Below, piece by piece: positions 17,597-23,045 of a stretch of 23,045 nucleotides of DNA. The notes beneath the pieces are model-generated. The model was given only the letters and a program-made list of their open reading frames with translations, ran no database searches and was not told the origin of the DNA. This DNA is from a bacterium (GTDB taxonomy: Bacteria; Electryoneota; Electryoneia; Electryoneales; Electryoneaceae): the NCBI GenBank assembly GCA_043801585.1, contig JAZDLX010000044.1:1-23045 (forward strand), written 5' to 3'. The position numbers and the translations under genes are program-made. Numbering within the stretch: position 1 is the stretch's first letter; each line of letters opens with the position of its first letter.

Positions 17597-17640
17597 ACCC
17601 CCACGCGTCAGGTCTTTTGCTCTCCACCGGGAGACGCAAT

Positions 17641-18696
17641 CTACTTTTCCAGTGCGGCTTTCAGCCGGTCGATGGGTGCGATGGGCGTCGGATCGACGCC
17701 GTGTCCCAACGCCATCCAGAGGGATACCCAATCGCCAACAACAGCCGCAGTCAGCAGGGTGCTGAGCGCAGACGATGCCGAATCCGGAAGGATGACTTCC
17801 TCCGCCGGATAGCCGGCATCCCGTGCAATGCTCAACGTAACACCCACACGATTGCGAACATCCTTCGGGCTTTCCGGATCGGTCAGTACAAGGATCGCCG
17901 CATGTTCGGCCCACGGAGTGCCCTCGGTATAAGCGACGACTTCGTTGTGGTTCATCTCGGGCAGCTCGCCCCAATGTGCCGGGAGTTTGGCGTTTTCATT
18001 GATCTGGGTCGCCCACCGGTGAGCAGCAGCGACGAGTTTCCCGGTCCCGTAGATCATCGGCAACCGCCCCTCGCACATCTCGAGAATCGAATGCAGCGGA
18101 TGGTCCGGGTCTGTGGGGGGAACGCCGAGTGTTTTGGTGAGGTCACGAAGGCGCTGAACGGTTTCCTGCACACTGGATTCCGTGATCTCTGTCCATTCGC
18201 GCCCTGCGAGCACGCCAAGGGTGTATCCAAAGAGGTCACCGAGCGCGGAGCGGGGCGGATGACCCCCGGAAATGCTCCAGACGGCAATGCCATGCGTTTC
18301 GCCCCAGTCTTTCAGTTTGCCGCCGCTGGTCAACAGATCGAGCGCTGTTCCCCGTGCGGAAAGTGCTTCCGCAGCAGCAAGAGTTTCCGCCGTGTTTCCG
18401 GAATAGCTGACGAGAATCGCTCGATCCTTCCGCCCTACCCATGCGGGCAGATGTCCGCCACGATGGACAATAACCGGGAACGAAGCGGAAGGGGCAAGCA
18501 TGGAGGCGACAAAGTCGCCGCCGATGGCGCTGCCACCCATTCCAGCCCAAAGGAGCACCCGTGGAGGCTGGGCGGGCGATGTCTTCCCGCTCCTGAACCC
18601 CACCGCAAATGAGCGTTCGAACTGATCGGGCCAGGATTCGACGAGCCCTTTCATTCCTGAAGAATCAACGGAAAGATCGAAGCCTTCAGCCATCAT
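17641..18696 (-). CDS. Bifunctional phosphoglucose/phosphomannose isomerase (SIS domain)
   Basis: GMGGSAIGG, SYSGNTAET, TSGGKL, PRSA, RWATQINENAK, PEMNHNEV, VDPTPIAPIDRLK. Confidence 0.92.
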   Translation of the reverse strand: MMAEGFDLSVDSSGMKGLVESWPDQFERSFAVGFRSGKTSPAQPPRVLLWAGMGGSAIGGDFVASMLAPSASFPVIVHRGGHLPAWVGRKDRAILVSYSGNTAETLAAAEALSARGTALDLLTSGGKLKDWGETHGIAVWSISGGHPPRSALGDLFGYTLGVLAGREWTEITESSVQETVQRLRDLTKTLGVPPTDPDHPLHSILEMCEGRLPMIYGTGKLVAAAHRWATQINENAKLPAHWGELPEMNHNEVVAYTEGTPWAEHAAILVLTDPESPKDVRNRVGVTLSIARDAGYPAEEVILPDSASSALSTLLTAAVVGDWVSLWMALGHGVDPTPIAPIDRLKAALEK

Positions 18697-20459
18697 CGGT
18701 CTCCAAACCAGATCGGCATGTCACGGAACCGTCTGCGCATTGCGCGCAGCAGAAGGTCGCGAACCTGAGCGCCGGTGTCGGCCTCCAACGCACGCCCGGC
18801 GAGATCACGGGATTCTTCCCACGTTGCGGAGAGGATCAGTTTCTTGATCTCCGGAATCAGTGCAGGACTCATCGAAAGCTCATCGAGACCCAGACCCACC
18901 AGGAGAAGCGTCGCCAGGGGATTTCCAGCCAACTCGCCGCAGAGCGACACTTTCAAGCCGTGTTTCCGGCCTGCTAGCACCGTGGTCGAGATCAGCTGCA
19001 GCACGGCCGGGTTGAACGGGTCATGCAGTTCGGCAACGTGATCGTTGCTCCGGTCGACAGCAAGAGCGAATTGGGCGAGATCGTTGGTCCCGATAGAGAA
19101 GAAATCGACGTGCGGGGCGAACCGGTCAGCGAGCATCGCCACCGCCGGAACCTCCACCATAATCCCGAGGCTCACCGGTTCAGGGATGTGGACATGCTCG
19201 GATCGCAGTTCCTGTTTCGCTTTTTCCAACAGGTCTTTCAGCTTTAGAAGCTCGTCCAGATTGCTGATCATTGGGAACATGATGCTGACAGGTCCGGTGC
19301 TGGCGACTCGCAGGATGGCGCGAAGCTGGGGTATCAGCATTTCGGGCCGGTCCATCGCCACCCGCACGGCTCTCCACCCCATGAAGGGGTTCGCCTGCGG
19401 TGGGATCCCGCTCCCGGGGAACGCCTTGTCACCGCCAAGGTCGAAGGTGCGGATCACCAGCGGTTTTCCCCGCAACGCCTCGACAACCCGCCGGTATTCT
19501 TTTTCCTGCGTGGTTTCGTTCGGCAAGCCGGCCTGTGCCGGCACGAGGTACTCCGTTCGGTAAAGACCGACACCCTCTCCGCCGAATAGTGCGACACGTT
19601 CGGCTTCATGGGGCAATTCGATGTTCGCCATCAGCCCGACACGGTGGCCATCCCTGGTCATCGCAAGGGTGTCGCGGATATTGCGCAGGCTCTGGACGAA
19701 CGTCCGGTACTGATTCTGCTTTTCCCGGTATTTGTCAATCTGAACGGCGTTCGGGCGAACCACCACTTTTCCCGAATTGCCGTTGATGGCGATCAGATCG
19801 CCCAATTGGGCAGCATCGAGGATCTCTGGAACGCCGATAACGCTGGGAACGCCGAGTGACGCCGTGAGGATCGCCGTGTGGCTCGTCGTTCCCCCCGTAC
19901 AGGTGGCGACGCCCAGAACCATCTCCGGGTCGAGTTGCATGACGTCGGAAGGATTCAACTCCTGCGCGATGAGGACGCTGGGTCCCGTGATCTGCCCGAT
20001 CAGCCCGGTGTCCGTGCCATCGAGGTAAGCGATCACGCGGCCCATGACATCACGGACATCCTGCGCCCGGTCACGAAACACATCCTCCTTCTGAGCTTCG
20101 AAGTTGCGCGCCACGTTTTCGAGGGTGTGGTACACGGCGTAATCCGCGGAAACGGTTTCATTCCGGACGATGTCCCGGATGCTGTCAAAGGTGGGTTCAT
20201 CCTCGAGAAACATCAGATGGGCGTCGAAAATGCGGGCGACGATGTCACCGAGAGTCCGCATGGCTTTCATGCGGTGATGGCGAAGATCACGGCGAGCCAT
20301 GGAGATCGCCAGATCCAGTTTCTCCAACTCGAAGGAAACCTGGTTTCTGGATATACGGCGGAGGGGCACTTCCTGACGCTCGCGGCGTATCAGAAAGGCC
20401 GGACCCAGGGCGATACCCGGGGCGATCGGGTGTCCTTTGTAGACCTGTTGACGGGTCAT
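18693..20459 (-). CDS. ptsI: PTS enzyme I (PEP-protein phosphotransferase)
   Basis: GGTTSHTAI (phospho-His), GVGLYRTE, RTFDLGGDK, NPFMGWRA, MVEVP, SIGTNDL, CGELAG. No GAF domain. Confidence 0.96.
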   Translation of the reverse strand: MTRQQVYKGHPIAPGIALGPAFLIRRERQEVPLRRISRNQVSFELEKLDLAISMARRDLRHHRMKAMRTLGDIVARIFDAHLMFLEDEPTFDSIRDIVRNETVSADYAVYHTLENVARNFEAQKEDVFRDRAQDVRDVMGRVIAYLDGTDTGLIGQITGPSVLIAQELNPSDVMQLDPEMVLGVATCTGGTTSHTAILTASLGVPSVIGVPEILDAAQLGDLIAINGNSGKVVVRPNAVQIDKYREKQNQYRTFVQSLRNIRDTLAMTRDGHRVGLMANIELPHEAERVALFGGEGVGLYRTEYLVPAQAGLPNETTQEKEYRRVVEALRGKPLVIRTFDLGGDKAFPGSGIPPQANPFMGWRAVRVAMDRPEMLIPQLRAILRVASTGPVSIMFPMISNLDELLKLKDLLEKAKQELRSEHVHIPEPVSLGIMVEVPAVAMLADRFAPHVDFFSIGTNDLAQFALAVDRSNDHVAELHDPFNPAVLQLISTTVLAGRKHGLKVSLCGELAGNPLATLLLVGLGLDELSMSPALIPEIKKLILSATWEESRDLAGRALEADTGAQVRDLLLRAMRRRFRDMPIWFGDR

Positions 20460-20566
20460 GGCTCAGTGTCGGGTTTACGTTTTTCAATCGAGCCAATATA
20501 GCACGACGAGAGGACACTTGCCGGGCGAGGAGAATCGGGGGAGGAGAGGTTGAGCGGGGGGTACGA

Positions 20567-20836
20567 TTACTCTTCGAAGAACTTGTTGTTTACCAGTTCC
20601 ACAAGCTCCACCAGGCACTGCTCTTCGGAGGGGCCGTCCACGCGAATTTCCAGTTCCGCTCCCTGTCCCGCAGCGAGCATCATCACACCGAGGATGCTTT
20701 TGGCGTTGACGATTTCGCTTCCCCGAGCCAATTCCACCGTAGTGTCCTTGAAACGAGCGGCGATTTTAACGAAGTGGGATGCCGGACGGGCGTGCAGGCC
20801 CAATTTGTTGCGGAGTGTCACCTTCTGAGTTTTCAT
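20567..20836 (-). CDS. ptsH: Phosphocarrier protein HPr
   Basis: GLHARPA (His15) and NAKSILGVM (Ser46); 89 aa. Confidence 0.96.
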   Translation of the reverse strand: MKTQKVTLRNKLGLHARPASHFVKIAARFKDTTVELARGSEIVNAKSILGVMMLAAGQGAELEIRVDGPSEEQCLVELVELVNNKFFEE

Positions 20837-20892
20837 CGTTCTGGACCGCTGTCTCCGTCAATGGATTGTCCTGTATTGCCCGGCGCATGGCG

Positions 20893-20924
20893 CAAACGTA
20901 CAAACGATTTACATGTTGGAGCAA
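20893..20924 (-). promoter_or_regulatory. Putative promoter for ptsH
   Basis: Minus strand TTGCTC-N18-TACGTTTG. The latter fits the TAnnTTTG box of Bacteroidota-type promoters. Confidence 0.4.
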
Positions 20925-20939
20925 GTAGTGAATGGTTTC

Positions 20940-22037
20940 TCAAACCTGGCGTCTGATCATGAAATCCGCCCATGAAGCCAACAGATCACGCCAGCGGCTG
21001 GGCTCGAGTACGTCCAGCTTCGGAAGCGCTTTGCTGATCAGGTCCCTTGCCTGTTGATGCACGAACTCGACGGCTCCCAGGCTGACGACGGCTTGAGTCG
21101 CCTGGGAGACATCTTCTTCCCCGGCGCTCGCATTGCCAACAACATTGCGCAACAGGGCGCGCTGGGTTTCATCGGCTCGGTTCCACGCTTCGTGCAGCAC
21201 CAGGGTCCGCTTGCCCTCTCGTAAATCGTTCCCTACGGGTTTGCCTGTCACCTTGGGGTCTCCGATCAGACCGAGCACATCGTCCTGCATCTGGAATGCG
21301 ACACCACACTCCAGCGCGAAGTCGGACAAAGCTTGTACGCGAGGATCCTCGGGTGAGTTCCTTCCCAGGCCGATCTGCGCTCCACCCCAGGCACAAAAGC
21401 GATAGAGCTCGCCTGTTTTCTTGCGCAGCATCTCCTCGACGGCATTGGAATCCGGCTCACCGACCGGGAGGCGTGTGTACTGGAGATCGAGCAGTTCACC
21501 CTCGATCAGGCGGTTCAACGTGCGGTCGTTCAGTTCACGAATGAGGGCGAGTGTGACCTCCGCAGGCACACCCTTCTTGCGTGTCAGCTCGGTCAGCATG
21601 CTGACGTTCCATCCGTGCTGAACATCTCCGGCGAGGATGGCGACGGACATGCCGTAGTGGTCGGCGTCCTCCCCCTTGAGGTGGAAGATGTCCTGGGCGC
21701 GTTTGCGAAAACGGACGTGTACGGAGTCGCCGCCTCGCCGCATGTCATCCCGGTCAATAATGTCGTCGTGGACAAGGGTCCAGGTGTGGAAAATCTCGAC
21801 GGCCGCGGCCGCCGGCAGTGCGAGATCGGTATCTCCGCCAACCGCACCGCATGACCACAGAAGGATTGCCGGGCGCAGCCGTTTGCCACCACCGGAAACG
21901 TACATGGTTGCCGCGTCCTGGATGTCCGATGGGCGGAAGCGTTGAGTGTAGGAATCTCTTAACAAATAGGGCGTCAGGAGGTCTACACAGCGGTTCAATT
22001 CGTTCAGAAACGTCTGGTCTGTATCAGAAGGACTCAC
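20940..22037 (-). CDS. Polyprenyl diphosphate synthase (probable GGPP synthase)
   Basis: GGKRLRP, WTLVHDDIIDRDDMRRG, AILAGD, KKTG, FQMQDD, GKPVGNDLREGKRT. Start inferred at GTG 22037 after GAAGGG; the ORF-track extension to 22259 overlaps kdsD. Confidence 0.9.
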   Translation of the reverse strand: MSPSDTDQTFLNELNRCVDLLTPYLLRDSYTQRFRPSDIQDAATMYVSGGGKRLRPAILLWSCGAVGGDTDLALPAAAAVEIFHTWTLVHDDIIDRDDMRRGGDSVHVRFRKRAQDIFHLKGEDADHYGMSVAILAGDVQHGWNVSMLTELTRKKGVPAEVTLALIRELNDRTLNRLIEGELLDLQYTRLPVGEPDSNAVEEMLRKKTGELYRFCAWGGAQIGLGRNSPEDPRVQALSDFALECGVAFQMQDDVLGLIGDPKVTGKPVGNDLREGKRTLVLHEAWNRADETQRALLRNVVGNASAGEEDVSQATQAVVSLGAVEFVHQQARDLISKALPKLDVLEPSRWRDLLASWADFMIRRQV

Positions 22038-22154
22038 GACGCACCCTTCAAACGGTAAGCATTTTGCTTTCAACCGTGCTAAATTAGCCGGGTCGAGCGG
22101 TATCTGCAAGCGAAAGAGCTGCGGTGCTGCCAGATCTTGCAGGAAAAAGGTGTG

Positions 22155-23045
22155 ATGAAAGCAAAGACAGAAAGAATATCGCTTAATGAGGACGACGTTC
22201 TTGTCCGGGCACGCGAGATTTTCCGCCTGGAGATCATCGCGGAGCAGAAGGCCGCGCAACGCCTGAACGGACAGTTCGTCAAGGCGGTGCGGGCGATCCT
22301 CGATGCACCGGGGAAGATTGTTTTTGTTGGAGCGGGGAAAAGCGGTCTGATCGCACAGAAGGTCGCGGCCACCCTCCGTTCGACGGGAATGGTGGCTGTT
22401 TTTTTACACCCCAACGATGCCGCACACGGCGATCTGGGGATGGTTACCGATGGTGACGTGGTCATCCTGATCAGCAAGTCGGGTGAGACGGAAGAGGTCC
22501 GCGAACTGATTCCCGCCCTCCGGCGGCGGGACGTTACTCTGATTGCGATGGTCGGTGTGGAATCCAGCCGGATCGCCCAACTCTCCGACATCTGGCTGGA
22601 TGTGGGCGTGGAACGGGAAGCATGCCCCGTTGGTCTTGCGCCGACGAGCAGTACGACAGTGATGCTGCTGATGGGTGATGCGCTTGCCGCCGTGCTGATG
22701 CAGCTTCGAGGAATCACCCAGGACGATTTCGCGATCAACCATCCCGGAGGCAGCCTCGGAAAACGGTTGCTGCTGGCAGTGGGTGACATGATGTACGGCG
22801 GGGAGTTGAACCCTGTCTGCGGACCGGATACTCCGATGAGTGATGTGCTGGTGCTGCTGACAAAGAGCACTCTCGGTGGGATCAATGTGGTCGGCTCGGA
22901 GGGGCAGCTGCTCGGGATCATCACGGATGGTGACGTTCGCCGGGGAATCCAGCGGCTGGGGGCGAAGTTCCTGCAGACTCCGGCTCGTGACATCATGTCG
23001 GCCGACCCGGTGCACGTCCACACCTCGGACAAGGCGATCGACGCG
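22155..23045 (+). CDS. kdsD: Arabinose-5-phosphate isomerase, KpsF/GutQ family (SIS plus CBS domains), cut by the window end
   Basis: Translated by hand from ATG 22155: GAGKSGLIAQKVAATLRSTG, FLHPNDAAHGDLG, SKSGET, EACPVGLAPTSST, HPGGSLG, GIITDGDVRR. Confidence 0.93.
   Translation, partial: MKAKTERISLNEDDVLVRAREIFRLEIIAEQKAAQRLNGQFVKAVRAILDAPGKIVFVGAGKSGLIAQKVAATLRSTGMVAVFLHPNDAAHGDLGMVTDGDVVILISKSGETEEVRELIPALRRRDVTLIAMVGVESSRIAQLSDIWLDVGVEREACPVGLAPTSSTTVMLLMGDALAAVLMQLRGITQDDFAINHPGGSLGKRLLLAVGDMMYGGELNPVCGPDTPMSDVLVLLTKSTLGGINVVGSEGQLLGIITDGDVRRGIQRLGAKFLQTPARDIMSADPVHVHTSDKAIDA

Noticed and set aside
17534..17974. 146-aa minus-strand ORF
   Set aside because: Mostly overlaps PGI/PMI in another frame, and the remainder looks like promoter DNA.
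22079..23032. 317-aa and 205-aa minus-strand ORFs
   Set aside because: Antisense to kdsD, which is the real gene on the + strand.
1..23045. CRISPR array, tRNA/rRNA, integrase, transposase or defence genes
   Set aside because: No regularly spaced repeats, cloverleaf structures or relevant protein motifs were seen.

Overview
Mostly housekeeping, GC-rich bacterial DNA, probably from an FCB-group lineage (inferred from a PNPFN-type C-terminal sorting domain and a DUF5723-like barrel/lipoprotein pair). From left to right: (1) a ~2 kb insert bounded by a 22-bp direct repeat of the mraY 3' end, carrying a mosaic secreted protein (S8-peptidase fragment, propeller-like region, sorting domain); (2) a murG(HEAT-repeat fusion)-mraY pair outside a dcw cluster, divergent from an atypical O-antigen-ligase-family gene; (3) a tandem SRPBCC gene; (4) an intergenic stretch rich in REP-like elements and hairpins; (5) a 3-hydroxyacyl-CoA-dehydrogenase-like protein with no N-terminal NAD-binding domain; (6) a lipoprotein plus outer-membrane barrel operon; (7) a minus-strand run of polyprenyl synthase, ptsH, ptsI, PGI/PMI, sugar nucleotidyltransferase, metK and ahcY; (8) a divergent kdsD cut by the window end (missed by the ORF track). 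No rRNA, tRNA, CRISPR array, integrase or transposase was seen. The best candidate for an undescribed system is the MurG-HEAT/MraY/WaaL-like module; its function is inference. All calls come from reading motifs by eye; no database searches were run.
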